From: an uncultured Gemmatimonas sp. | GTDB lineage: Bacteria > Gemmatimonadota > Gemmatimonadetes > Gemmatimonadales > Gemmatimonadaceae | DNA length: 60,805 nt | Assembly: GCA_964529705.1 (NCBI GenBank) | Contig: CAZHAG010000003.1 | Location: 1 to 60,805 of the forward strand | Reading direction: 5' to 3' | Part shown: piece by piece, positions 29,949-39,144 of the stretch | How positions within the stretch are numbered: position 1 is the stretch's first letter | Layout: the number at the start of each line of letters is the position of its first letter | Translations under genes and position numbers: made by a program | Notes under the pieces: model-generated | What the model was told of the DNA's origin: nothing | Databases searched by the model: none | The model's input: the letters and a program-made list of their open reading frames with translations, nothing else

Positions 29949-30812
29949 TCAGAGCGTGCGCGGCGGCTCTCCTCCCCCCTCCACCAGCTTGAGCGTCTCC
30001 GCGCACCGCTTCCCCCAGGGGTTGAACTTGTTGGCGGCGAACCCCGCCGCCCACGCGCGCTTCGCCTCCTCCGCCTCCCCGTTGAACCAATGCGCGCGCC
30101 CGAGCTCGAAGTGGGCCTCGATCAGGTTCGGTCCGAGCGCGAGCGTCTTCTGGAAGAACGTCTGCGCGTCCTCATACATCTCCCGCTCGAGGTACACCAG
30201 CCCGAGGTAGAAGTGGGCGTAGAGGGTGGCCTTGCGGTCGTTGTCGAGGCGGATCGCCTTCGAGAGGTGCTCGATCGCCTCGCCGAAGATCCGCTTCTTC
30301 AGGCAGATGTACCCCACGTTGATGCGCGCGAGCGCGTTGGTGGGCTCGCGGATGAGCACCTTCTGGAAGTTCATGAGGGCGTCGTCGTACTTGGCCTGCA
30401 GCATCTGCGCCCAGCCGAGGAGCGCCTCGCTCTGGGGGTCCCCCGGGGAGAGCTCGATCGCCTTGAGCAGCGCCTGCTCCGCCCCCTCGTGGTCGCCGAG
30501 CGAGAGCCGGCTCCATCCCTTCTCGATGAAGGTGCTCGCCCCGATGTGGTCGGCGTGCACCACCGGCCGCTCCCCGGAGAACTCGGGCGCGGAGCTCCCC
30601 TCGGCCGCCTGCTGCGCCTTCCACTTGTCGACGAGGGTCTTGATCTCGTCCTTGAAGGTCGTGAGGTCCGCGAGCTGCGCTTCCACGGCCTTGAAGAGTC
30701 CGACGATGTCGGCCTTCACCCTGGCGCGATCGGCATCCGCGAGCCCCGCGTCGAGGCGGCCCTCGATCGCCCGGTAGCGCGCGCGGTACGCTTCCAGTGA
30801 CTCGTCAGGCAT
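29949..30812 (-). CDS. TPR protein with N-terminal helical domain
   Basis: TPR motifs (AIELSPGD, REPTNALARINVG, AHFYLG, ALGPNLIEAHFELG). Confidence 0.85.
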   Translation of the reverse strand: MPDESLEAYRARYRAIEGRLDAGLADADRARVKADIVGLFKAVEAQLADLTTFKDEIKTLVDKWKAQQAAEGSSAPEFSGERPVVHADHIGASTFIEKGWSRLSLGDHEGAEQALLKAIELSPGDPQSEALLGWAQMLQAKYDDALMNFQKVLIREPTNALARINVGYICLKKRIFGEAIEHLSKAIRLDNDRKATLYAHFYLGLVYLEREMYEDAQTFFQKTLALGPNLIEAHFELGRAHWFNGEAEEAKRAWAAGFAANKFNPWGKRCAETLKLVEGGGEPPRTL

Positions 30813-31293
30813 CGCGCCCCTCCCTCGCCAGCATCCGTTCCATCTCGATCCGCTCCGTTGTGGTGAGGAGGTGCCCGGCGGCCAGCACGACGAAGATCGC
30901 CTCGTCCTGCCGCACGATCCCCTCCAGGTATTCGCGCGCGAGGCCGCGATAGATCGCGGGCGGCGCCTCCAGCGCGGTCGTCGGCACCGTCCGCACGGCG
31001 AGCACGGCGTCGACGATCACGCCGATCCGCAGCTCGCCGACGACCATCACCAGGATGCGCGCGTCCTCCGCGGACGCCGCCGCGGGGAGCCCGAGCCGTT
31101 CGCGGAGGTCCACCACCGGGATGGTCTCGCCGCCATGCGCGATCACGCCGCGCAGCCAGGGAGCCGCGTTCGGCAGGAGGCGCGGGGGCGTGTAGCGCAG
31201 CACCCGCTCCACGGCGAAGATGTCGGCGGCGAAGAGCTCCCCCGCCGCCTCGAACGTCACGAGCTGTCGCTTGTCGGCCGCGCCTGTCGTCAT
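30805..31293 (-). CDS. cheW: CheW adaptor
   Basis: QLVTF...FAADI, LRGVI...IPVVDLRERLGL and IGVIVDAV motifs. Confidence 0.88.
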   Translation of the reverse strand: MTTGAADKRQLVTFEAAGELFAADIFAVERVLRYTPPRLLPNAAPWLRGVIAHGGETIPVVDLRERLGLPAAASAEDARILVMVVGELRIGVIVDAVLAVRTVPTTALEAPPAIYRGLAREYLEGIVRQDEAIFVVLAAGHLLTTTERIEMERMLAREGRDA

Positions 31294-31805
31294 CGTCCCT
31301 CCGTCCTGAGTCGGTCGGCGACCGTGGCGCGCAGGACGCCGACGTCCACGAGCGCCGCGATCCCGTCGTCGAGCGCGAGGAGTGCGCGCAGCACCGACCC
31401 CACGCGCCCCTCGGCCGCGGGGAGGGCGCGCCACGCTCGCCGCGGCGCGGCCACCATGTCCTCCACGTCGTCGAGCAGGAGCCCGAAGGGTCCGCCTGCG
31501 CCGTCGAGCACCAACAGCGCGCCGGCGCCCCCCGCGCGCGGGACGCCGAGCAGCACGCCGGCGTCGAAGACGGGGAGGAGGCGTCCCCGATGCGCGCACT
31601 GTCCGGCCAGTCCGGCGGCGGCGAGCGGGACGGCGATGATCTCGGGCGCGTCGACTGCCTCCTGAAGTTCCGCGAGCGGGAACGCGAAGCGCTCCCCCGC
31701 CACGCGCGCCAGGAGCACGCGGTGCTGGTCCCCCGCCAGCCGGCGCGCGGACGCGGGCCCGAGGAGCGGCGTGGACGGCGTGGCCTCCGTGGCGCCGCGG
31801 CTCAT
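31290..31805 (-). CDS. cheW: CheW-like adaptor (divergent)
   Basis: FAFPLAEL, HRGRLLPVFD and FGLLLDDV motifs. Confidence 0.75.
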   Translation of the reverse strand: MSRGATEATPSTPLLGPASARRLAGDQHRVLLARVAGERFAFPLAELQEAVDAPEIIAVPLAAAGLAGQCAHRGRLLPVFDAGVLLGVPRAGGAGALLVLDGAGGPFGLLLDDVEDMVAAPRRAWRALPAAEGRVGSVLRALLALDDGIAALVDVGVLRATVADRLRTEGR

Positions 31806-32875
31806 GCGGGCACCCCGGTGCGGGCACGCAGGAGTGCCGTCACCGATGCGGCGACGCCACCGAGCGGGGCCTCGACGTCGGCCCCCGCCTCGCGCAGCGC
31901 TTGGTGTGGCATGCCGTAGATCACGGAGGTCGCACGGTCCTGGACCACGGCCCCACCGCCGGCGCGGCGGATGGCGCCGAGCCCGGCAGAACCGTCGCGC
32001 CCCATCCCGGTGAGGACCACGCCCACCGCGCGCGCACCGAACTGCTCGGAGACGGAGTGGAAGAGCGGGTCCGCCGCGGGGCGCACCCCGTGCACCGTCG
32101 GCCCGTCCGAGAGCGCGATCGCGCGCCCCGTCGGCGTCGCGGTCACCGTCATGTGGTTGCCGCCGGGGGCGAGGTAGACGCGCCCCGATTCGATCGCCTC
32201 GCCATGCACCGCCTCGTGCACCGGGATCGAGGCGAGCTGGTCCAGCCGCCGGGCGAGGCCGGCCGTGAATCCGGGGGGCATGTGCTGCACCACGAGGAGC
32301 GCGGCGTCGAGGTCGGGACCGAACCCGGGGATGATCTCCGCGAGCGCGCGCGGTCCCCCAGTGGAACTGGCGATGGCGACCGCGGCGGTCGCCTGCCGGG
32401 AGCTGCGCGGGAGCGCGGCGGGGGTCCGCAGCCGCGGCCGCGCGAGCATGCTCACGCCGAGCACGTTCATCTGGGCGGCCGCCCGGAGCGCCTCGTCGAT
32501 CCGCCGTACGCTCCCCGCCCAGGCCTCGCGCGAGGTGCCCACGGGCTTCCGCACGAAGTCCGCGGCGCCGAGTTCCAGCGCACGGATCGTCAGGTCCACC
32601 GAGCCGCGCGTGGTGGCGGCGCTCACCATCACCACGGGCCGCGGCGCCTCGCTCATGATGTAGCCGAGCACCGCGAGCCCGTCGAGGCCGGGCATCTCGA
32701 TGTCGAGCGTCACGATGTCGGGGTCGAGCTGGTGCAGGAGGCGGAGGCCTTCCTCGCCATCGCGCGCGCTCCCCACGACGCGGAACCCGTCGAGCCCGTC
32801 GATCAGGTCGCGCAGCACCTCGGCGAGGAGCAGGCTGTCCTCGATGACCAGGACGCGCCGCTCCTCAGAGGACAT
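31802..32875 (-). CDS. cheB: Chemotaxis methylesterase CheB (REC + methylesterase)
   Basis: REC with LDIEMP and KP; SSTGGP, QHMP and GMGRDG triad. Confidence 0.96.
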   Translation of the reverse strand: MSSEERRVLVIEDSLLLAEVLRDLIDGLDGFRVVGSARDGEEGLRLLHQLDPDIVTLDIEMPGLDGLAVLGYIMSEAPRPVVMVSAATTRGSVDLTIRALELGAADFVRKPVGTSREAWAGSVRRIDEALRAAAQMNVLGVSMLARPRLRTPAALPRSSRQATAAVAIASSTGGPRALAEIIPGFGPDLDAALLVVQHMPPGFTAGLARRLDQLASIPVHEAVHGEAIESGRVYLAPGGNHMTVTATPTGRAIALSDGPTVHGVRPAADPLFHSVSEQFGARAVGVVLTGMGRDGSAGLGAIRRAGGGAVVQDRATSVIYGMPHQALREAGADVEAPLGGVAASVTALLRARTGVPA

Positions 32876-33344
32876 GCTCACCCCCGCGCACCGAGCGCAC
32901 CGTGAGCGTCCCGGTGTTCACGTCGAGCACGACGCTCCGGCCCGCGTTCCCGCCGACCTCCTCCGCGAGGAGGGGGATCCCCGCCGCCGCCAGCGCTGCG
33001 CGGGTGGCCGCGACGTTGCGCGCGCCCATCTGTCCCCCCGTCGCGCCGAGCATCGCGCCGAAGAGCGCCGCGCCGCCGGCGATCTTCGCCGTGATCGCCC
33101 CGCGCGCCCCCATGGCCTGCATGTCCGCGAGGAGGAGCGGCACCGCCGTCGCCGCGAAGCGCGCCGGGTTCGTGCCGTCGCGCGCCACGCTCGGGTCGGG
33201 GAGGAGCACGTGCGCCAGTCCCGCCACGCGGAAGCGCGCGTCGTGCATCGCGATGGCGACACACGAGCCCAGCCCGATGGTGACGAGCCGACCACTCCCG
33301 CGCGCCACGGCGTGGTGGGCGATGCGCACGTGCTGGTCCGTCAC
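32865..33344 (-). CDS. cheD: Chemoreceptor glutamine deamidase CheD
   Basis: GLGSCVA, AHVLLP, KIAGGA, GARN and GRSV motifs. Confidence 0.93.
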   Translation of the reverse strand: MTDQHVRIAHHAVARGSGRLVTIGLGSCVAIAMHDARFRVAGLAHVLLPDPSVARDGTNPARFAATAVPLLLADMQAMGARGAITAKIAGGAALFGAMLGATGGQMGARNVAATRAALAAAGIPLLAEEVGGNAGRSVVLDVNTGTLTVRSVRGGEHVL

Positions 33345-34171
33345 CGCGCCACCGGGCGGCGGAAGATCCGGTTGCGCGGGTCCACCGGCTCGAACAGGGC
33401 ACGCGAGGGCCCCATCAGTGTCTCGACCTTGCCGAGCACGAGGAAGCCCCCCGGCACGAGCGCGTCGTGGAACCGGCGCAGCAGCGGTTCCTGGCTCGGC
33501 CGGTCGAAGTAGATGATCACGTTCCGGCAGCAGATCAGGTGCAGACCGCCGGACGGCGCCGGCTCGCCGAGCAGGTCGCGCCGCTCCACCTCCACGAGCG
33601 CACGCAGCTCGGGCGCCGCCAGGTGCGGGTCCGTCGTCGAGAAGTACCGCACGCGGAGGTCCACCGGCATCTCGGTGAACGCGTCCGTCGCATACGCACC
33701 GCGGCGCGCCGCGTCGAGCGAGGCGCGGTCGATGTCGCTCCCGCGGATGCGCACCGAGCGGAGGCGCGAAAGCGTCGCCGTGCGCTCGGCGTGCTGGTGC
33801 ACGAGGGCCGCCAGCGTGTAGAGCTCCTCGCCGGACGCGCATCCGGCACTCCAGATGTCGAGGCGCGGGTCGGGGAAGGCCCAAAGAGCCGGCAGCACCA
33901 CGCGCGAGACCGCTCCCCACGTCTCCGCGTCGCGATAGAGCTTCGTCACGTTGATCGTGAGCGCATCGAGGAGCAGCTCGTACTCCGTCGGGTCCCGGTC
34001 GAGGAGCGACTGGTAGGTCCCGAAGTCGGGGGTGCCCCGCGCCCGCATGCGCACCGCGATCCGCCGCCGGAGGCATCCGTCCTTGTAGTTCGCGCACCCG
34101 AAGCCGCGCTCCGCGGCGATCTTCGCGGTCAACGCCCGGAAGCCCGCGTCGTCGGCGGGGTCGGTGCTCAC
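33341..34171 (-). CDS. cheR: Chemotaxis methyltransferase CheR
   Basis: TINVTKLYRD, WSAGCASGEE, DID and CRNVIIYF motifs. Confidence 0.96.
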   Translation of the reverse strand: MSTDPADDAGFRALTAKIAAERGFGCANYKDGCLRRRIAVRMRARGTPDFGTYQSLLDRDPTEYELLLDALTINVTKLYRDAETWGAVSRVVLPALWAFPDPRLDIWSAGCASGEELYTLAALVHQHAERTATLSRLRSVRIRGSDIDRASLDAARRGAYATDAFTEMPVDLRVRYFSTTDPHLAAPELRALVEVERRDLLGEPAPSGGLHLICCRNVIIYFDRPSQEPLLRRFHDALVPGGFLVLGKVETLMGPSRALFEPVDPRNRIFRRPVAR

Positions 34172-35787
34172 CGATCCCCACGCGAGGCCGAGAGCCGGTG
34201 CCGCGCCTCGCGGTGCGAGGGGTCGAGCACGAGCGCCCGTTCCCAGGCGCGTTCGGCCTCGAGGATGTCACCCTGCGACGAGAGGAGCGAGCCGATGCGC
34301 GCCCACACCTCGGGACCCAGCGTCTCGTGCTGCTTCACCGCGCGCCGGTACTCGTCGAGCGCCTGCTCGTGCCGCCCGGCCTCGAGGAGGAGGTCGCCCC
34401 GGTTGCGGTGCAGCTGTGCCATCCCGGGGTCCGCGGTGATCCCATGGTCGATCGCGTGCAGTGCGTCGTCGCCCTGGCCGTCGAGCGCGAGGGCGACCGC
34501 GAGGTTGTTGTGGAGCGCCGCTGCGTGGGGGTGCGCCTTCACGCCCTCACGGAGCACCTCGATCGCCTTGGGGAGGTGTCCGGCGAGGGCGGCGGCCAGG
34601 CCGGCCCAGTGGAACCAGACCGCCGCGGGCGCCCTGTCTCCGTAGAGCGGACGGGCGTGGCGGAGCCGGCTGTCGGCGTCCGCGAAGAGCCCCTGGCGGA
34701 TGTGCAGGATGCCGAGGGAGAGGTGGACGCGCGGCTCCCCCTCGCCGCCGCGGATGAGCGCCTCCTGCAGCGAGGCCTGCGCGTCGTCGAGCCGGCCGAG
34801 GCGCTCCTGCGCGAGCGCGAGGTTGAGGAAGACGGCGGCCTTGGCGCCGCGCTGGCGCGACGCGGTCTCGAAGTCGGAGAGGGCGTCGCTCCACTTCCCG
34901 AGCCGCAGGTGAGAGAGCCCGAGGTGGAAGCGAGCGCCGAGGTCGTCCGGGCGGAGCTCGACCACGCGCCGGAACTCGCGCAGCGCCTCATCGAGCATCC
35001 CCGTCTTGTAGAACGCGAGGCCCAGGTTGCGGTGCTCCTCCACCCGCACGTCCGCGGTGTTGGCCTCCTGGGGCTTGGACTTCCCCACGCGGTGCAGGAA
35101 CCCCGCGGTGGCGAGCCCGTAGAGCGCCTTCCCCACCTCGAACTCCACCAGTCCGCTCTCGTCGACGATCGCGGCGACATCGCGCCGCCCGTCGATCAGC
35201 GGCACCAGGGCCTTCTGCTCGCTCGTGAGGTGTGCGTCGCTCTCCACCAGACGCCGCCGGTCGAGCTCGAACACGAGGTCGAACGAGGGCACCTTCTTCT
35301 CGATCAGGCTCCACTCGTCCACCCGCCGCGCGCCCTCGAGGAGGAGCGACTCGGGGTTGATCGAGACGAGGAAGTCCTGCTCCTCCGGCCGGATGTCCGA
35401 CTCGAAGTTGAAGGTCCCCTCGGCCCAGGTGAAGAGGAAGTAGACGGCCTCCTCGATCTGGATCCGGATCTGCGCGTGCAGGTTCTCGCGCGTGATCATC
35501 TGCTTCTCCACCAGCAGCTCGCCGAGGCGCTGGCCGCGCGCCTTGGCCTGCATGCCGACGGCCTCGTCGAGGTGTGCCTGCGTGAGGAGCCCGCTCTTCA
35601 CCAGGATGTCGCCGAGGCGGTCGCGGCGGTTCACGATCGACGCATAGCAGATCTTCCCCGAGTCGAAGAAGATCGACCCGAAGTTGTTCCGGTGCGTGAC
35701 CGAGAGGCAGCCGCTCTTCTTCCCCATCGCGAGGAGTTGCAGCACGTCGGGGAGCGAGGCTTCCTTGAGGGATCCGCGGATCGCCAT
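34168..35787 (-). CDS. DUF4388 (PatA-N-like) + MshEN-like + TPR protein
   Basis: MAIRGSL...LQLL...KKSG and W.EG.F.FE...SLLLEGARRVDE; tandem RLGxxL motifs; C-terminal TPRs. Confidence 0.85.
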   Translation of the reverse strand: MAIRGSLKEASLPDVLQLLAMGKKSGCLSVTHRNNFGSIFFDSGKICYASIVNRRDRLGDILVKSGLLTQAHLDEAVGMQAKARGQRLGELLVEKQMITRENLHAQIRIQIEEAVYFLFTWAEGTFNFESDIRPEEQDFLVSINPESLLLEGARRVDEWSLIEKKVPSFDLVFELDRRRLVESDAHLTSEQKALVPLIDGRRDVAAIVDESGLVEFEVGKALYGLATAGFLHRVGKSKPQEANTADVRVEEHRNLGLAFYKTGMLDEALREFRRVVELRPDDLGARFHLGLSHLRLGKWSDALSDFETASRQRGAKAAVFLNLALAQERLGRLDDAQASLQEALIRGGEGEPRVHLSLGILHIRQGLFADADSRLRHARPLYGDRAPAAVWFHWAGLAAALAGHLPKAIEVLREGVKAHPHAAALHNNLAVALALDGQGDDALHAIDHGITADPGMAQLHRNRGDLLLEAGRHEQALDEYRRAVKQHETLGPEVWARIGSLLSSQGDILEAERAWERALVLDPSHREARHRLSASRGDR

Positions 35788-37685
35788 CAGCGCATCTCCT
35801 CGATCAGGCGCCCGCCGATGTCCGGCCAGTCCCAGACCACGCGCTCCCGGTCGAGGAAGGTTCGGTCCCCGGCGGCGAGCGCGGCCGCGCCGGGGGCCAT
35901 CGTGGCGGCGGCGTCGGCCCCGAGGCCGAGCTCCTCCCGCGCGAGCGCGGCATCGAGGTCCACCCCCCGCGACTCGGCGGCCTGCGCCAGCCGGTTCACC
36001 ACGCCGATGAGCTCCCGCACGCTCTGCACCGTGGGATCGCAGACCACGTCGAGCAATTCCGGCGTCGCGGGTCGCCCGAGCGCCGTGAGGAACCGCGCGA
36101 CCAGCTGCTCGCGGAGCGGGCGGTCCGGGGGCAGGATCTCGGCGGTGAGTCCTCCCTCGAAGCGCGAGCGCAGGCGCGCCGCGAGCTCGGGGATGTCCGC
36201 CACGCCGCGGTCGCTGGCGAGCACGATCTGCTTCCCCGCCTCCGTGAGCGCGTTGAACACCAGGAAGAACTCGTCCTGCGTCCGCTCCTTTCCGGCGAGG
36301 AACTGGATGTCGTCCACGAGGAGGACGTCGGCCGCGCGATAGCGGTTCCGCCAGCGCTCCACGCTGCCGTCCTGGATCGCGGCGATCAGCTCGTCCACCA
36401 GCACCTGGGCGTGCACGCACGCCACGCGCGTCTCACCCCCTGACGCCTCGGCGATCGCGTTCCCGATCGCGTGCAGCAGGTGGGTCTTCCCGACCCCGCT
36501 GCTCCCGGTGATCACGAGGGGGTTGTAGCGCGTGGCCGGGGCGGCGATCACGGCGTCCGCGGCGTGCACGGCGAGCTGGTTGGCCGCGCCGACCTCGAAC
36601 TCCGCGCGCGTGAACGACGGGTTGGGGCCGCCGGGCGGCCGCTCGCCGGCCAGTGCCTCCTCCACGAGGTCCTCGGCCTGCGCCAGGCGCTCCGGGTCCC
36701 GGAAGAGCTCGTGCCCCCCGAGCTCGGCGTCGATGGCCGTCGCCTTCGCCTCGAGGTCGCGCAGGTGCTCGACCGCGTTCGCGAACATCTCGACGAGCGC
36801 GTCGACGTCGGGGTCCTTCGGCAGCGCAAGCGCGCGCTCGAGCACGGCGGTCCGGTATCCCTCGCCCTGCCAGTACGCGATCACCTCGCGCAGCCGGACC
36901 TGCCAGGACTCGACGTGCGACTGCACCACGCTCGTGACGTCGTCGAGGAAACTCAGGAATTCGCTCGACGACCTCGGGGCGATGATCGGGGTCGAGAAGG
37001 GCGTGTGCCGGGCGGAGGGGCTGCCGAGCGTCTCGCGCGCGAGCCACTGGTTGAGCGCACCCTGCAGCTCGCGCACGGAGTTCACGCCCCGCTGGGCGAG
37101 CGTGTCGAGCGCGCGGTCCGGCACGGAGACCCCACGCTCCGCGCAGGCGGCCCGGAGGATCGCCACGCGCGCCTCGAACTCGGGCACGCTCACGTCCACG
37201 ACCAGACCGCCCGACATCCGTTGGATCAGGCGCTCGTCCACGTCCGCGATATCGCTCGGCGGACGATCGCTGGTGCAGACGATCTGGCGGCCGTCCTCCT
37301 GCATGGCGGTGAAGAGGCGCAGCAGCTCCGCCTGCATCTCGCGCCGGCCGGTGAGGAACTGGAGGTCGTCGAGGAGCAGGAGGTCCACGCGTCCCAGGCG
37401 CCGTCCGAACGCGTGCGTCTCGCCCGCCGAAACCGCGGCGTGCCACTGCTCCGAGAACTCGTCGAGCGTGAGCGCGAACACCTCGGCGGCCGGCTGGAGC
37501 TCCTGGAGCCGGTGCCCCACGGCCGTGAGCAGGTGCGTCTTGCCGAGGCCCGACCCGCCGTAGATGAAGAGCGGGTTGTACGTGGTGCCGGGCGCCTCCG
37601 CGACCGCGCGCGCGGCGGCCGCCGCGAGGCGGTTGGCCGAGCCCACGACGAGGCGCTCGAAGGTCAGGCGCGGGTCGAGCCGCAT
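35787..37685 (-). CDS. Tandem DnaA-type AAA+ ATPase lacking DnaA domains I and IV
   Basis: Two copies of YNPL...G.SG.GKTHLL, DD[LI]QFL, SDR, R...R..GGL and SVREL. Confidence 0.88.
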   Translation of the reverse strand: MRLDPRLTFERLVVGSANRLAAAAARAVAEAPGTTYNPLFIYGGSGLGKTHLLTAVGHRLQELQPAAEVFALTLDEFSEQWHAAVSAGETHAFGRRLGRVDLLLLDDLQFLTGRREMQAELLRLFTAMQEDGRQIVCTSDRPPSDIADVDERLIQRMSGGLVVDVSVPEFEARVAILRAACAERGVSVPDRALDTLAQRGVNSVRELQGALNQWLARETLGSPSARHTPFSTPIIAPRSSSEFLSFLDDVTSVVQSHVESWQVRLREVIAYWQGEGYRTAVLERALALPKDPDVDALVEMFANAVEHLRDLEAKATAIDAELGGHELFRDPERLAQAEDLVEEALAGERPPGGPNPSFTRAEFEVGAANQLAVHAADAVIAAPATRYNPLVITGSSGVGKTHLLHAIGNAIAEASGGETRVACVHAQVLVDELIAAIQDGSVERWRNRYRAADVLLVDDIQFLAGKERTQDEFFLVFNALTEAGKQIVLASDRGVADIPELAARLRSRFEGGLTAEILPPDRPLREQLVARFLTALGRPATPELLDVVCDPTVQSVRELIGVVNRLAQAAESRGVDLDAALAREELGLGADAAATMAPGAAALAAGDRTFLDRERVVWDWPDIGGRLIEEMR

Positions 37686-37686
37686 C

Positions 37687-38289
37687 TCAGCCGGCGCCCT
37701 GGCCGGTGCTCAGCCGGCGCAGCACGAGCTCCGAGATCCCGCGCAGCGTCTCGAACACGCCGGGGCCGTGCAGCGCGTCCGCCGGGAACGACGGGACGCC
37801 GCGGAAGTTCAGCGCCTCGTCCAGGTCCGGCACCGAGGTGATGATCTCCGGCGGGAGGTCCTGCTTGTTGTACTGCATCACCAGCGGCAGCGTGCGCGCG
37901 TCGACGCCCTGCTCGGCGAGGTTCGCGTGCAGGTCCTGCATCGACTCGATGTTCTCCGCGAGCTGCCGCGCCTGGCTATCCGCGACGAAGACGACGCCGT
38001 CGGCTCCCTGTAGCACCAGCTTGCGGGTGGTCTGGTAGTAGACCTGGCCGGGGACCGTGTAGAGCTGGAAGCGCGTGGTGAAGCCCGAGATCGTGCCGAG
38101 GTCGATCGGCAGGAAGTCGAAGAAGAGCGTGCGGTCCGTCTGGGTCGCGAGCGAGACCATCTGCCCCTTCCGGTCGTTCGGGACCTGCCCGTAGATGTAG
38201 TGCAGGTTGGTCGTCTTCCCCGACCGCCCAGGGCCGTAGTAGACGATCTTGCAGGTGATCTCGCGCGTCGCGTAGTTGACGAGGCTCAC
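37687..38289 (-). CDS. mglA: MglA-family small GTPase
   Basis: KIVYYGPGRSGKTTNL, DRTLFFDFLP, LYTVPGQ and NKQDL motifs. Confidence 0.95.
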   Translation of the reverse strand: MSLVNYATREITCKIVYYGPGRSGKTTNLHYIYGQVPNDRKGQMVSLATQTDRTLFFDFLPIDLGTISGFTTRFQLYTVPGQVYYQTTRKLVLQGADGVVFVADSQARQLAENIESMQDLHANLAEQGVDARTLPLVMQYNKQDLPPEIITSVPDLDEALNFRGVPSFPADALHGPGVFETLRGISELVLRRLSTGQGAG

Positions 38290-38326
38290 GGCGGGGTCAG
38301 GTGACGAGGACAGGAGGGATGCACGG

Positions 38327-38803
38327 CTACGCCCTCCCGAAGAGGGAGGCGAGGTTGCGGTTCAGCTCGCGCTCGAAGTCCTCGGCGAGCGCCGGTGGCT
38401 CCTCCTCGAGCCCTGCCTCCGGCAACGCCGCGCCGAGCGCGGTGCGCAGCTCCTCCAGGTACAGCTGAACGATACCCAATGAACTCTCGCGGTCGAAGAC
38501 CGCGAGCAGCACGAACGGGTCCTCGGGGGACCCGACCTGGCCCAGCCAGAGCTGGCGCGTGGTCCCGGCATAGTGCAGCCCGCGGAAGGGCGTGCCGTCC
38601 ACCAGGAGTCCCAACTGCTCCGCCGAGGCGTTGATCGCGGCCGAGAGCGCGCACGCGGTCTGCACGTCGAGCGACCGCCGGAAGCCCACCTGCGCGAGCA
38701 CCTGGCCGCTCGTGTGCATCAGCACGGCGAGCTGGAGCCGCGCGTCGTCCACGAACTGCTTCAGGGGCGCGTCCGCCCAGCCGAGCGCGAGGGAGCGGCG
38801 CAT
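38327..38803 (-). CDS. mglB: MglB-like roadblock protein with C-terminal helix
   Basis: Adjacent to mglA; roadblock pattern; VFDRESSLGIV resembles M. xanthus MglB IFDNRTSLGLV; tail ends NLASLF. Confidence 0.75.
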   Translation of the reverse strand: MRRSLALGWADAPLKQFVDDARLQLAVLMHTSGQVLAQVGFRRSLDVQTACALSAAINASAEQLGLLVDGTPFRGLHYAGTTRQLWLGQVGSPEDPFVLLAVFDRESSLGIVQLYLEELRTALGAALPEAGLEEEPPALAEDFERELNRNLASLFGRA

Positions 38804-39144
38804 CAGAACGACTCCGCGGCACGGAGCAGTTCCACCCGGAGGAGCCCCACGTTCACGCGGGGCTCGGCCACGGCGACCATGAGCAGCCCGTTCCGCCCCG
38901 CGGCGAGCACCCGTCCCCGTTCCGCCTCGAGCTCGAAGAACGAGACCACGCCGAACCCCGCGGCCTCCGAGGCGCCCACCGCCTTGCGGTAGAGCGACGC
39001 GGTGAGCGCAGCGAAGGCGGCGGTGCTCACGCCGATCTGCGCCGTCCCCTCGACGACGATGCCGTCCTCCTCGGAGACGAGGAGGCAGGCCGAGACCCCG
39101 CGGTGCCGGGTGATCGCGCCGATGAGCGGCGTGTACGCGCTCAT
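38803..39144 (-). CDS. Roadblock/LC7 protein (MglC-like)
   Basis: GVSACLLVSEEDGIVV...VNVGLLRVEL. Confidence 0.8.
   Translation of the reverse strand: MSAYTPLIGAITRHRGVSACLLVSEEDGIVVEGTAQIGVSTAAFAALTASLYRKAVGASEAAGFGVVSFFELEAERGRVLAAGRNGLLMVAVAEPRVNVGLLRVELLRAAESF

Noticed and set aside
35787-37685. Calling this gene dnaA or hda
   Set aside because: It has no domain I or IV, no clamp-binding motif, a duplicated ATPase domain and no dnaN/recF/gyrB context.
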